From Chiloscyllium plagiosum (Eukaryota): DNA of 64,000 nucleotides. The notes below the pieces were generated by a model. It was not told where the DNA came from, made no database searches, and worked only from the letters and a program-made list of their open reading frames with translations. Of the stretch, positions 1-13,635 are shown piece after piece. Both the position numbers and the translations under genes were made by a program. The stretch covers positions 92,552,540 through 92,616,539 of the forward strand of contig NC_057718.1 in the NCBI RefSeq assembly GCF_004010195.1. Reading direction: 5' to 3'. Within the stretch, counting starts at the first letter, position 1. Every line of letters starts with the position of its first letter.

Positions 1-530
1 TCTTGAAGAAAACTTGCAGGTTGGGTCAGTAGTTAGGAAGGCAAATGACATTTGGATGGGATTTATTTTGAGACAACATGAATATAAAAACAGGGGTGTA
101 CCTCTGAGGCTATATGCTCTGGTCAGGCATTTGGAGTATTATGTGCAGTTTAGGGTTCCATATCTCAGGAAGGATGTACTAGCCCTCGAGCCTGTTCAGA
201 GTAAATTCACAAAAATGGTCCCAGGAATGAAAACCTTAACGTATGAGGAATATTTGAGGACTCTGGGTCTATACTCGGAGTTTAGACGAATTAGATGGGG
301 GGAATCCAATTGAAACTTACAGAATACTGAATGGCCTGGACAGAGTGGATGTTGGGAAGATGTTTCTGTTGGTAGGAGAGACTTGGACTCGAGGGCACAG
401 CCTCAGAGTAAAGGGAGCACCTTTTAGAATGGAGATAAAGAGAAACTTCTTCAGCCAGAGAGTGGTGAATCGATGGAATTCATTGCCACAGAAGGCTGCG
501 GAGGTCAGGTTTTTGAGTATATTTAAGACT
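1..530 (+). mobile_element. CR1-type LINE 3' fragment, degenerate
   Basis: ORFs 14..313 and 345..536 give LEYYVQF..PYLRKD, TRGHSL and FFSQRVVN.WNSLP (CR1 ORF2 C-terminus). Confidence 0.85.
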
Positions 531-1079
531 CTATAAAAACAAATCTAATGGTTTGATTGTTAAAGTTTAATGGGATGCTGTTGTGCTATAAAGATGTAAG
601 GTGTTCATACTTTGAGAAAATGGTGGCAACATCAGTGTTTACTGTGTTAGACCACCAGTCTCAAAAATCCTGGGAGGGTGGTGAGGATGGCAAGTGGTCA
701 TATTATATTTCAAACTGTCCACTTGCTTCCAAAATAAAGGAGAGTTAGGGTCTCAAGGACAGCCAATCAGGATTTCTGCATGGATACGTGAATCTTGTAA
801 TTCATTTTGATGTGGAGACGAGTTTTCAGAATTTGTTTATAGTTCATGGATACAGGTAATCTGCCAGCATCTCTGTGGAAGAGACTAAGACAGCTACAGA
901 CCAAGAATCCTTTGGATGAGGGCACATAGAGAATGCAGATAGGGGATTTGCAATCAGATTAAATAGACCAAGAGCTGAATTTTCTCAGCCCCTGAACGAT
1001 GTGGGCAATGGCAATTTAGTTGGGAAAATATGGTGAGATCAGAAAAATTAGATTTCTAAAATTAAGAAACAAGTCTGAT

Positions 1080-1590
1080 TTACATCCAAGGTTTCAACCT
1101 TGAGAATCTATGTGCCCTCTAAGTTTTCTTGCCATTGATTGGACTTCCAGAACTGGAAGTCAATGGTCCTCATGCCAGACAGTGAGCACGTGCCCTCTGA
1201 GTGGCTGAGGGAACATGACTCACCACTGAGTAGATGCTGATGCAGAATATCAATACAATGCAGCCCAATTTTCAATCAGAGCCATTGAGGAATGGACCAT
1301 AGGTTCCCCAAGATGGGATTCTGATGTTTGGATTGGCTTGGGATGTTTTGCAGCACAGACCAGACAGAGTGGTATTGCATAATTCTTGCATATTGTGCTT
1401 TACGTAACTGGAATGAGCAAAGAGGGGATCTGGTGGATGCTAAAGAGCTGGGAGAGCAGCAGCAGTCTTCAAAGGAGGAAGATGGAGATATTGAGCAGGA
1501 GAAATATCACCTTCTGCATGATAGATCCCTGCAGCATTGGGTGCTACAAGCCAGACAGGACTTAATTGATACCCGATTCCAGTAGATGAG
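1080..1590 (+). mobile_element. PIF/Harbinger (HARBI1-like) transposase remnant
   Basis: Frameshifted translation YNAA..IRAIEEWTIG..KMGF.CLD..IILAYCALRN..ARQDLI..RF matches the Harbinger DDE C-terminal pattern (YNxAH..R..IERxIG.LK.RF.CL..IIxACCxLHN). Confidence 0.6.
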
Positions 1591-1659
1591 AATTGAGTGC
1601 AGTGACAGCTCCTTGACTGTAAACACAGCATATACTCTCTTTGCCTGCTTTATACAACA

Positions 1660-1980
1660 TAATCACAAGGAACAAGAGCAGGCCATTTGGCCCTTCCAAA
1701 CTACTCATCATCCAATAAGATGATGGCTGAGCTGATTTTAAGCTCATTTCTACATTTCTGCATACCACTGATAATCTTTTATCCCCTTTGTGATCAAGAA
1801 TCTCTTTACTGGTGCCTGAAAAATATTTTTAAAAGATTCTGCATTCTTTTTGAGGAAGGGAATTCCAAAGAAAACTCTTTCCCCATCTCTAATTTAAATG
1901 AGAATGCCCTTATTTTAAAGTTATGACTCCTCATTTTAGATTCTCCCACAAGAGGAAACATCTTTTCAACATCCACCTTG
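1660..1980 (-). mobile_element. CR1 LINE 3' end
   Basis: Reverse complement of the typical CR1 3' UTR and tail. Confidence 0.6.
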
Positions 1981-3111
1981 TGCTGGTATGGGATTCATGA
2001 AGCATGATGCAGTATAGCAATATGTCCACCTTCTTTCTGACGCCTGTTGACAACTGTAACAAGCTGCCTGGCTTTCTGTCTGCAATAAGTAGCAAGGCAA
2101 GACAATGTACTGTGCACCTATAAGTCTTGGTTGAGAGAGCAATGCACAAAGAAAAACAAGGCCAGGCAAGGAAAGGAGTGTCATGAGCTTGGGAGCAGGC
2201 ATAAAGTGAAAATGTGCTAAGACAGTGAGCAAGGAACCACGAAATACATACTGCTCCAATCCTTGTCATTGGTATCTCCCCTTGAGCACAAAGTGTCCTG
2301 GCAGCTGCATTAAACATGCTAGTGCACTCCATGGTGCAACATTAATGTACTGAGTTGTCTTGCAAGTTGGTCAGAAATGTACCACAAGTGCATGGTGGGT
2401 TTGTTGCCAATGGAGCATGCCCTGAGATTTTGGGACCCTCTGTCCAAGTTGGAGGCTTGGAGGAGCAAGCGTTGAGCTGCACTTGTCTGGTAAGCCTGCC
2501 TTTGCTGACACCAAAGCACAAATGTAATATGCTGTAGGGAGACACCTGCTCATGCTGGCGATTGGGATCTGGGAGGAGGGGGCGGCAAAGGCAGCAGGAT
2601 TGGTGGGGAGCAGAGGTGGTTGAGATCACGATCCAGGAGGAGGGGGTAGTGGAGTAGAATGGGAGAAGCCCCTTTAGTATCCCCATGACCTAGGCATTAC
2701 TGCCTCCCCCATCCAGTCTGCTCCCAAACCTTTCTTCAATTCCACCTGCGCCCAATACACTTGGAGGTCTTTCCCACCACCAAATTCAGCACAATGCACA
2801 CTTTGCTCATGATTCAATGGTGTAGAAGCTGGAACCTTGCATCTTGTATGTCCACATGAGCGCACAGACACAGTTGCTCCAGAGCCAGCAGTCATTACAA
2901 CCAGCTCACTGCTCCGACAGTAATTTTGGGAATTATTGCCATCTACTGGTGGAGCCAGGTTCAGTTGAAGCATTCAATGGATAATTATTTGGATAGAGAT
3001 AATGTGCAAGCAGGCGAGATGAGTACGTGGGAGATTAGCACTAAGTAATGGTACTCATATAAAGAGTTGGTGCAAGCACAATGGACCAAATGGCCTCCTT
3101 CTCTGCTATAA

Positions 3112-4760
3112 CAGTCATAGAGCTGTACTGCATGGAAACATACCCTTCGGTCCAACTCCTCCATTCCAACCATAGAGTCATAGAGATGTACAGCATGGAA
3201 ACAGACCCTTCGGTACAACCCGTCCATGCTGACCAGATATCCCAACCCAATCTAGTCCCACCTGCCAGCACCCTGCCCATATCCCTCTAAACCCTTCCTA
3301 TTCATGTACCCATCCAAATGTCTTTTAAGTGGTGCAATTGTACCAGTCTCCACCACTTCCTCTGGCAGCTTATTCCATACACGTACCACCCTCTGTGTGA
3401 AAACGTTGCCCCGAGGTCTCTTTTATATATTTCCCCTCTCACCCTAAACCTATGCCCTCTAGTTCTGAACTCACCAACCTCAGGGAAATGACTTTGTCTA
3501 TTTATCCTATCCATGCCCCTCATGATTTTATAAACCTCTATGAGGTCACCCCTCAGCCTCCGACACTCCAGGTGAAACAGCCCCAGCCTGTTCAGCCACT
3601 CCCTATAGCCCAAATCCTCCAACCCTGGCAACATCCTTGTAAATATTTTCTGAGCCCTTTCAAGTTTCACAATATCTTTCCAATGGGAAGGAGACCAGAA
3701 TTGCATGCAATATTCCAAAAGTGGCCTAAACAATGTCCTGTACACTCGCAACATGACCTCCCAACTCCTGTACTCAATTGTCTGACCAATAAAGGAAAGC
3801 ATACCAAATGCCTTCTTCACTATCGTATCTACCTGCGACTCTACTTTCAAGGAGCTATGGACTTGCACTCCAAGGTCTCTTTGTTCAGCAACACTGCCTC
3901 GGATGTTACCATTAAGATCCTGCTAAGATTTGCTTTCCCAAAATGCAGCACCTCACATTTATCTGAATTAAACTCCATTTGCCGCCTCTCAGCCCATTGC
4001 CCCATCTGATCAAGATCCTATTGTAATCTGAGATAACTTTCTTCGCTGTCCACTACACCTCCAATTTTGATGTCATCTGCAAACTTACTAACTATACCTG
4101 TTATGCTCACATCCAAATCATTTGTATAAATGACAAAAAGTAGTGGACCCAGCACCGATCCTTGTGGCACTCCACTGATCACAGACCTCCAGTCTGAAAA
4201 ACAACTCTCCACCACCACCCTCTGTTTTCTACTTTTGAGCCAGTTCTGTATCCAAATGGCTAGTTCTCCCTGTCCTCCATGAGATCTAACCTTGCTAACC
4301 AGTCTCCCATGGGGAACCTTATTGAATGCCTTACTGAAGTCAATATAGATCACATCTACCACTCTACCCTCATCAATCCTCTTTGTTATTTCTTCAAAAA
4401 ACTCAATCAAGTTTGTGAGACGATTTCCCATGCACAAAGCCATTAATCCAGTCCCATTTGCCATCATTTTGCCCATATCCCTCTCAACCCTTTCTATTCA
4501 TATAGCCATCCAGATGCCTTTTAAATGTTGTAATTGTACACCCTCCCCCACTTCTTTTGGCAGTTCATTCCATATACACACTACCCTCTGTGTTAAAAAG
4601 TTGCACCTTAGGTCCCTTTTCAATCTTTCCCCTCTTAACTTAAACCTATGCCCTCTAGATTCGGACTTCCCTACTCTGGGGAAAAGATTTTTGGCTTTTC
4701 ACCTCATGAACTTATGAACTTCTATGAGGTCACCACTCAGTTTCCGATGCTTCAGCTCTT
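3112..4760 (-). mobile_element. CR1 (HER1-like) LINE, 5'-truncated, with duplicated 3' terminus and a second 3' end at about 4440-4760
   Basis: ORFs 4018..4476 and 3302..3868: DFSKAF, GVPQGSVLGPLLF, KFADD, RPLLEYCMQFWSP, TRGHRF. Confidence 0.92.
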
Positions 4761-5494
4761 TGCGATAATGTGATAGTTTCTATACAGCAGGTGGGAGAAT
4801 GAGAAATTGTATATAAATCAGATGAGATAAACAATAATGAGATGTTCATGTACACTCCTATTGCCCCTCACTAGTGAGAATCTCATCTCACCTTGGTTAG
4901 AAATCCGGACTTTGTGTTTTTCATGTTAAGAAGCTCGTCAGCGTCCGTCTGACGTAAATCGCCCAACATTCCTGCCAATGCCCATGTAGTTCAATTCCTG
5001 AGAAGATTCTGACCCATGTGCTTCAACCAAATGGCATGGCCTGAAAGTCAAAGGGGACAAGTACTTTATGAGGTTGGGTGGAAATATGGCCAGTCAGGGG
5101 TGTCACCACAGTCAGTCAAAAGGCTTATCTCATTACAATGCAGAGTGTTGGCTACAGTCAGTCAATCACAAATATTTGGCCATCATTTTCTTAGCTGTTA
5201 GGGGATTGGGACATGATCAGTGCAGCAACTGATATCCAGTCCTGGGATTATAGGCACAAAAGTTGGGGACATGTGGAAATATCCAACTTGGGGTTGGGCA
5301 ATGAACAGTTGGGGCTGTCACCACAAGTCAGTGCAGGGGATGGGCACAGTCTATCCTGGAGTAATGATTAAGGATCCTGTTAGGCTGAAGTCCATGTTGG
5401 GGTAAGTGGAAAACTCAGGTCAAGCGATGGGCTGCATTATGTTGTGATACCAAGGGAACTATAATAGCAAGAGCTCACCAGGTTAATGTACAAA

Positions 5495-6690
5495 ATAAAG
5501 TTGGAAAGCAAATAGTGACGATGACCCAACAAGTTCACAAAGGGATATAAACAGGTTATATGACTGGGCAAAAAGCTTGGCAGATAGAATCTAATTTGGG
5601 AAAGTGTAAAATTATGCACCATGCTAGGAAGAATACAGAAACTGAATACTATTGGTGGGGAAAGATTGCAGAAAGCTGCAGCACAGAGGGATTTAGATCT
5701 TTCTGCATGAATCACAAAAGTGAACATCCAACTTCAGGTCACAGGGAAAGCATTGGACTGTTGGCCTTTATTTCAAAGGGAAGAAAGTAGAAATGTAGTG
5801 AGGTCTTGATAAAACTATACAAAGCACAAATACCCATGCCTGGAATACGGTGAATACTATTGGTCCCTTTTTGTAAAGAAAGATATACTCATATTGGAGG
5901 CAGTTCACAGAATGTTTGTAAGGTTACTTCCAGATATGGAGGGAATTCATGACAAGAGGGTGAGTAGGTTGGGCTTAACCTCATTGGAGTTAAGGGCGGC
6001 ACGGTGGCTCAGTGGTAAGCACTGCTGCCTCACAGCACCAGGGATCCGGCTTTGATTCCAGCCTTGGAGTCTGTGTGGAGTTTGCACATTCTCCCCATGT
6101 CTGCGTGGGTTTCCTCCAGGTGCTCTGTCTTCCTCCCACAAATCAAAGATGTGAAGATCAGGTGAATTGGCCATGCTAAATTTCCCGTAGTAGTAGGTGC
6201 ATTAGTCAGGGGTAAATATAGGGTACGGGAATGGGTCTGGGTGGGTTAGTCTTTGGAGGGTCGGCGTGGACTTGTTAGGCCAAAAGGCCTGTTTTCATAC
6301 TGTAGAGAATTTAATCTAATCTAAACAAGAATAACAGGAAAGATTATTGAAGTATGAAAGTTTCTTAGCTGACTCGACAAGGTAGATTTAGAAAGGTTGT
6401 TTCCCCCTTGTGAGAGAGTCCAGGACCAGAGGGAATAATTTGAAGATGCTGTCCATTTAAGACAAAGATGAGGAGGAATTTCTTCTCTCAGACAGTAGTC
6501 AATCTATTAAATTCTTTATTGCAGAGGGTGGTTGAGGTTGAGTTTTTAAGTATATTAAGGACTGAGACAGATTTGTAATCAGTAAGGGAATCAAGGGTTA
6601 TGGGAAAAAGGCAGGAAAGTGGATTTAAGGATTATCGGATCAACAATGATCTAATCATAAGTCAGAGCAGACAAAATGAGCCCAGAATGA
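5495..6690 (+). mobile_element. CR1 LINE 3' fragment interrupted by a SINE
   Basis: WAKAWQ..KCKIMH motif and CR1 3' UTR; sequence resumes after the SINE. Confidence 0.8.
5994..6324 (+). mobile_element. tRNA-derived HE1/V-SINE-type SINE
   Basis: A-box TGGCTCAGTGG, B-box-like GGCTTTGATTCC, V-domain-like GTGTGGAGTTTGCACATTCTCCCC, CR1-like tail ending (AATCT)n. Confidence 0.85.
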
Positions 6691-6880
6691 GATTTCAACT
6701 CCGACATCTTGTTTTTCTGCTATATCTTGAGCTGCTCACACACTCACAGTGGGCAAAGTGAGGTTTATTTCTGGTCTGTGGTGGCAGGATGAACATGTTT
6801 GTGATTTGAGGAACTGGAGGGGGACGTTTGTTTCAATCAAGCATCATACATTTAGTGATGCCACATATCTGCCATCAAGC

Positions 6881-7290
6881 GAGAGGTGGGGAAGAAGATT
6901 GCAGGTTAGGAAGGCGGTGCTGAGTTCGATGGATTTGACTGAGACAAGGTATTTCCCCTCCCCCCACCTTGTCTCAGTCAAATCCATCGAATTCAGCACC
7001 GCCTTCCTAACCTGCAATCTTCTTCCCGACCTCTCCGCCCCCACTCCCGTCTGACCTATCACCCTCACCTTGACCTCTTTCCACCTATCACATTTCCGAC
7101 GCCCCTCCCCCAAGTCCCTCCTCCCTATCTTTTATCTTAGCCTGCTGGACAAACTTTCCTCATTCCTGAAGAAGGGCTTATGCCTGAAACGTCGATTCTC
7201 CTGTTCCCTGGATGCTGCCTGACCTGCTGCGCTTTTCCAGCAACACATTTCCAGCTCTGATCTCCAGCATCTGCAGACCTCACTTTCTCC
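6881..7290 (+). mobile_element. Penelope-like element 3' end (pLTR) with 70-bp inverted 5' duplication
   Basis: Arms 6881-6950 and 6966-7035 are reverse complements; ends in the repeat seen at 8981, 30809, 43433 and 54949. Confidence 0.85.
7166..7193 (+). ncRNA. Minimal hammerhead ribozyme core in Penelope pLTR
   Basis: CTGAAGA-A-GGGC-TTAT-GCCT-GAAAC-GTC. Confidence 0.7.
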
Positions 7291-8980
7291 TCAAGTATTC
7301 ATGACCTTTCCATTGTTTATAACAATTGAATCCTCACTATCTTTGCAAGGCTGGTATAATCACAGTTGAGCTTACCGGTTATCTGTGTTCATCAATTTGC
7401 AAACAAATTCCACAGGTTTCATTGGTACACAGCACCATGGAGCTGCTATCTTCATTCACTGAAGCATGTAAGAACATAGTCACTTATTGTGAATTTCTTC
7501 AGTGCATTTGGGAGAGGGAGGAGAATGAAGGTATACCCCTTCTACTCATTTTAAGAAATTTCCATACACATACAAATGGATACACAAAGAGATGAGACAA
7601 GACAGAAATATTTCAGGTGGGGAGGAACAAAATAAAGCCAGTGAAGCACAGTTCTGGCACCAGTCCTGATTATCGGCATATATGAGATATTTACCTTCAG
7701 TTCTTGGTTCTTTGAGGAGAACATGAGGTTGTGGACTGACCTATTCTCACCCCGGCAGTCACCTGTTGAGGATTCACCCTTTCACTGTCTCTGAAGGTAG
7801 TTTCTCTTTTACTTTCAAGAAGGGAATTTGCATACAAAGAGAGTAACTAATTGCTTTTACTTCTCCAGCCGGGAGACAGTGAGAAGGAGAGAGGTGTTTT
7901 TTCCTTCACAGACTGGACATTTCTGCTGTAGGCATTTGCCCAAGAACCAATCAAGAAATTGTTACCAGGCTGAGTACTATTGAACATGCACAACTGGTGA
8001 GCAAACCTAGCCTGGTCTCTCACCTATGCAGCCGAGGTGTCTCGGATGCTGTCCCACTGCTTGAATAAGGCAACACTGTAGGTACACAAGTTCTGGTAAC
8101 TCTTCTTTTTTTCAGATAAAGAAGTATCTTCTTCCACAGTCATTTGGTTTAAAGCAGTAATGTTCTCCAGTTTTTAGTCCATACTCCAAAAAATAAAAGT
8201 TGTCTTTACAGAATTAAGTTGCCCTCCTGGGAGGCCTCTATGCATGATGTATCATGGTCTATGATGAAGCATCATTTCTGTTTTGATATGTTGCTTAACA
8301 ACCACATCACTGAGAAATTGTTCTGGTTCTGATACCCCCACATAGCACAGATACACCCGTCTGGAACAGATCATTCAACAACTGCTTCTGTGGTTCCTGA
8401 CACAGCCCTACATAGATAACACAGCTGGAGGATCAATGACAAGGGTATCTGCAAGCCCAGGAACAGCAACGACTTCCAACCTCCTGAGGGAGAAGAAGTA
8501 GGAGAGGATCCCTTCTGGATGAGGAGGAGGATGAGGAGAGCCAGAATCTATTGTTCATGCTGTAGTTTCCTCAGACATCCAAAGTTCAGTGCTTCAGTAT
8601 GCTTCATTACTACACTTTTAGCATCATTGCCCACATGAGCAATGCTTAACGAGGCAGACTTTGGGAGTAAATAGAGCACTGGATATCACCCAGCCTTGAA
8701 TGAGTGGGCACTCTCTTGTAAAGTGCTTGATAGAATGAGCCTTTTCGTACAGAGATGCATACATTCATGAATGATCACATAGTGACACACACATAAGTTG
8801 GCATTGTGTGGAACGTGAGTAGAGGCCAGGCCCTGCATTCACACTACAACACCTCAGCAGCATTCATGAATGTAAAGACTGAAGGATTCCTGACATCTAT
8901 TGCCAACTTGGATACTTGTCAGAAATGAGTTTCAAACAGTACTTGGAATATATGAAGAGGTTGCTTAACTCTGACATGGT

Positions 8981-9108
8981 GGAGAAAGTGAGGACTGCAG
9001 ATGCTGGAGATCAGAGCTGAAAAATGTGTTGCTGAAAAAGCACAGCAGGAGAGGCAGCATCCAAGGAGCAGGAGAATCGACGTTTCGGGCATAAGCCCTT
9101 CTTCAGGA
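8981..9108 (-). mobile_element. Solo Penelope pLTR terminus with intact hammerhead core (9079-9106, minus)
   Basis: Flanked by 14-bp duplication AACTCTGACATGGT (8967-8980, 9109-9122); minus strand reads CTGAAGAAGGGCTTATGCCCGAAACGTC. Confidence 0.85.
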
Positions 9109-9609
9109 AACTCTGACATGGTAGCCACTTAAACAGGTCCCACAGCTACGTTCACAGAAGATCAAGCATGAAGATGGAAATGCATATATAAACAGATCTG
9201 AAAGTCTCTTTGCAATGATGTCTGTCCTGTGTTACCTATGTCTCCTCAGTGAGGGGGTTTTCATCCGTAACCTCCCACGATATCTAAGTACAGTCCAGGG
9301 ATCCACATTCTGGGTTGGAAAGAACCTCTTTTCTGGATGACATTTTGGTAAATGTCCCTGAGGATATTTATGGCTACAGCATCCATATATGCTGAGAGTG
9401 TACTGCCCAGATGCAGGCTCATCTCTGTTCAGTTGCAACTTTCACAGAGTCTCGGATCACAGGCCGCTGGAAAAATCACCTAATTGAATAAAAAAAACTG
9501 AACTTTCCCAGTCATGACTTAGTCTCAATGCATCAACAGATCTATACAGAGTACAGAAAAGCCAATGCAGTAACAAATAGTTGAAGGGAGTTTCTGGAAA
9601 TGGAGAAAG

Positions 9610-10620
9610 GTAACCAGTGCTGTTCCACAAGGATCAGTGCTTGGGTCACTGTTGTTTGTGATATACATAAATGATCTGGAACAGGGCATCGTTGATCTGA
9701 TCAGTAAGTTTGTAGATGATACGAAGATTGGTGGAATAGCAGAAAACGTAGGGGACTGTCAAACAATATAGGAAAATATAGATAGACTGGAAAGTTGGGC
9801 GGAGAAATGGCAGATGGATTTCAATCCAGGCAAGTGTGAGGCAATACATTTTGGAAGGTCTAATTCTAGAGCGAACTATACTGTAAACGGAAGAGCCTTG
9901 GGAAAAGTTGATGAGCAGAGAGATCTGAGAGTTCCGGTCCATGGTATCCTGAAGATGGCTGCACAGGTGGATAGAGTGGTCAAGAAGGTATAAATATGCT
10001 TGCCTTTATCAAATGGGATATTGAGTACAAGAGCTGGCAGGTCATGTTAAAATTGGACAAGACTTTGGTTTGGCCGCATTTAGAATATGTGTACAGTTCT
10101 GGTCGCCACATTACCAAAAGGATGTGGACACATTGGAGAGGGTGCAGAGACGGTTTACGAGGATGTTGCCTGGAATGGAAGGTGCTAGCTATGAAGAGAG
10201 GCTGAGTAGGTTAGGCTTGTTTTCATTAGTAAAAAGGAGATTGAGGAGGGACCTGATTGAGGTCTACAAAAGGGTATAGACAGGGGTGGATAGAGATAAG
10301 CTTTTTCCCAGGGTGAGGGATTCAATATCAAGAAGTCATGTGTTCAAGGTGAGAGGTGAAAAGTTTAAGGGGGATACATGCGGAAAATACTTTACACAGA
10401 GGGTGGTAGGTGCCTGGAACGTGTTGCCAGCAGAGGTGTAGAGGCAGGCATGGTAGATTCATTTAAGGTGCGCCTGGATAGATGCATGAGTAGGTGGGGA
10501 GCAGAGGGATACAGATCTTTAGGAATTGAGCGATAGGTTCAGGCAGTGGGTTTGGATCGATATAGACTTGGAGGACTGAAGGGCCTGTTCCTGGGTTGTA
10601 AATTTTCTTTGTTCTTGTTC
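9610..10620 (+). mobile_element. CR1 LINE 3' part
   Basis: [41 protein letters not shown] motifs. Confidence 0.9.
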
Positions 10621-10850
10621 TTTCTTAAATGCGGCCTCCTACCTAATTACCTCTTTAGAAGATTATATTCATACAGTTGAAAGTGCAGTCCTCATCTCAT
10701 TAGTGACAAAATAGTATCACGGAGGTGCTCCCTCCCACATATCTGCCTGCATTTCTATTTAAACATAAAAGGAGGTATAAATCCCAGCAGCTCTCATACC
10801 ACAAGCTCACCAACGTTTCATTACAATCAAGAGACTGTACACACATGATA

Positions 10851-11020
10851 GGCAGCATCCAAGAAGCAGTAAAGTTGACATTTCGGGCAAAAATCCTGAT
10901 GAAGGGCTTTTGCCCAAAACATTAATTTTCCTGCTCCTCCACAGCCTGGCCTGCTGTGCTTTTCCAGCACCACTCTCATCTCGGCTCTAATCTCCAGCAT
11001 CTGCAGTACCCACCTCTGCC
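10851..11020. mobile_element. Fold-back Penelope pLTR mini-insertion with mutated hammerhead core (10896-10920)
   Basis: Inverted pLTR halves; CTGATGA-AGGGC-TTTT-GCCC-AAAAC; degenerate flanking duplication. Confidence 0.7.
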
Positions 11021-12890
11021 CTATACACACGATAACTGTTCACGAAACTTATGCATGGGCCAAGGTCACAGCCATAAAAGATGGGCTTTTGAACTGAGCC
11101 CCTTTTGAATTCATCTCAATTATTTAGCCCAACCAGATTTATTGGCACCAACCAGTGTGGTTTCCTCTCTTGTGGAGGCTTGTTGGCCCAGTCAGGTTTC
11201 CTCCCTAACACTAACTGTTTTACAACAAGCCATTGCCTTTGACTGACACTTCTCAAAGGCTAATAAACCTGCAAATATTCACCCCTAATATTAACTATTT
11301 ATGGAAAGAAGAACCTTGGTGTGAATGAGTTAACTAACATTGGAGCTTGAAAGGAATTTACCTCACTAGATACATGCTTCATATATAAATATAGGCTTGT
11401 GAACACACATTTCCCAATTTTTGCCTCACAAGATTTTCACTTTTAAAGCAGCAAAAGAGAATCTTCCATTTACGCAGCTGGTTGACAAACTGGCTGTATC
11501 ACAAGTTGTTTCTGATCTGAACAATTAAAAGACCAGAACCATGAAAGAGAATGCAGATCTGAAATCAGAACCTGAATCTGATGGTTCAAAGGTTGTATTT
11601 AAAAGTCGACATCCTGTTGGCAATGCCGTTTCTAGGGTAGAACAAAGGTTCATTCTGAAATTGGATGAGCAAAATAAAGAGGAATGAGGATAGAAAATTC
11701 TGTTTCAATTTAGTGATTGCACCGAATGGAATTTGAAAGTCACGGGGATTGTCTGCAAGCCATAGAGTTATAATTCACAGAAACGGAATTTTCAGTCCAA
11801 CTCATCAATGCCAACCAGATATCCTAAACTGATCACATCCCATTTGCCAGCATTTGGCTCATATCCCTCGAAACCAAATTACTGTGGGTTTCTTGACAAA
11901 TTTTCTCAGATTGATTTGACATGGAGATCTAATGCAGGTGTGGAAACAGTGGTATTTCTTGACAGCAGCAAGGAAATTTACTCTGATGCATAACTGGTGG
12001 GTTTTGAGAGTTTAAAATTTCTAAGAATGCCATATTATCGACATCCTGAAGGACTACCATTGGCCAGAAACTGAACAGGACAAACTATACAAATACTGAG
12101 GTTACAACAGCAGGCCAGCGGTTAGGAATCCTGCCACAAGTAACTCACCTTCTGGCTCTCTAGTACCCCATTAAGATCGCACATTTTAGACAGAAATGAT
12201 GTGAAATTTCCTTCTTTCAGAGGTTTGTGAATCTGTGCAATACTTTACCACAGAGGACTGTAGAAGCTGGATCATTAAGTATATTCGAGACTGAGAGTAA
12301 CAGATTTTTAATCAATAAGGGAATCAAGGGTAATGGGGAAAAGTTAGCAAAGTGGAGTTGAGGATTATCAGATCAGCTGTGATCTCATTGAGACTGTTCT
12401 GCCATGCAATGGGCTGAATGGTGTACTTCTGCTTCTACATGGTCTTATCCCTGGTTGCCCTTCAGAAGATTGTGCTGATCCACCTACAAAGAAACCGTTG
12501 TAATTCTTGGGATATAGGTAGACCCATGGATTACACCTCTTCCCACCCTACATCTTGCAAAAATGCCATCCCGTATTCCCAATTCCTCCACCTCCGCCGT
12601 ATCTGCTCCCAGGAGGACCAGTTCCACCATAGAACACACCAGATGGCCTCCTTCTTTAGAGACCGCAATTTCCCTTCCCACGTGGTTAAAGATGCCCTCC
12701 AACGGATCTCATCCACATCCCGCACCCCCGCCCTCAGACCCAACCCCTCCAGCCGCAACAAGGACAGAACGCCCCTGGGGCTCACCTTCCACCCTACCAA
12801 CCTTCGCATAAACCAAATCATCCGCCGACATTTCCGCCACATCCAAAAAGACCCCACCACCAGGGATATATTTCCCTCCCCACACCTTTC

Positions 12891-13179
12891 NNNNNNNNNN
12901 NNNNNNNNNNNNNNNNNNNNNNNNNNNNNNNNNNNNNNNNNNNNNNNNNNNNNNNNNNNNNNNNNNNNNNNNNNNNNNNNNNNNNNNNNNNNNNNNNNNN
13001 NNNNNNNNNNNNNNNNNNNNNNNNNNNNNNNNNNNNNNNNNNNNNNNNNNNNNNNNNNNNNNNNNNNNNNNNNNNNNNNNNNNNNNNNNNNNNNNNNNNN
13101 NNNNNNNNNNNNNNNNNNNNNNNNNNNNNNNNNNNNNNNNNNNNNNNNNNNNNNNNNNNNNNNNNNNNNNNNNNNNNNN
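12891..13179. other. Assembly gap (289 N)
   Basis: Run of N inside the Penelope element. Confidence 1.
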
Positions 13180-13349
13180 CTTGTCGGACCTGCCCAGCTC
13201 CTTTTCCACCTATCCACTCCACCCTCTCCTCCCTGACCTATCACCTTCATCTCCTTCCCCACTGACCTATTGTACTCTATGCTACTCTATCCCTACCCCC
13301 ACCCTCCTCTAGCTTATCTCTCCACGCTTCAGGCTCTCTGCCTTTATTC

Positions 13350-13377
13350 CTGATGAAGGGCTTTTGCCCGAAACGTC
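13350..13377 (+). ncRNA. Minimal hammerhead ribozyme core, intact
   Basis: CTGATGA-A-GGGC-TTTT-GCCC-GAAAC-GTC. Confidence 0.75.
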
Positions 13378-13635
13378 GATTTTGCCTGTCCTCGGATGCT
13401 GCCTGAATTGCTGTGCTCTTCCAGCACCACTGATCCAGAATCTGGTTTCCAGCATCTGCAGTCATTGTTTTTACCTCGTTTTTACACCATTGTTTTGTAT
13501 GGGAGGAAATTCAAGAATTTTGACTAAGCAACAATGAAGGAATGGTGATATATTTCCAATTCAGGATGGTGTCTGACCTGGAATGGAACTTGCAGGTGGT
13601 CATGTTGCCACGCATCGGCAACCCTTGTTCTTGAT

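Larger units (their letters stand above)
12525..13480 (+). mobile_element. Penelope-like (Neptune-type) element: RT C-terminal fragment, gap, then 3' pLTR
   Basis: DYTSSHP..KNAIPYSQFL.LRRICS motif in ORF 12418..; pLTR with hammerhead core after the N-gap. Confidence 0.88.

Noticed and set aside
5994..6065. tRNA gene (also 24998-25060)
   Set aside because: A and B boxes belong to a SINE head that continues into a conserved body and LINE-like tail; no proper cloverleaf
12418..13262. Long ORFs of 130-270 aa
   Set aside because: Lengths are inflated by the 289-N gap; only the Penelope RT fragment is meaningful
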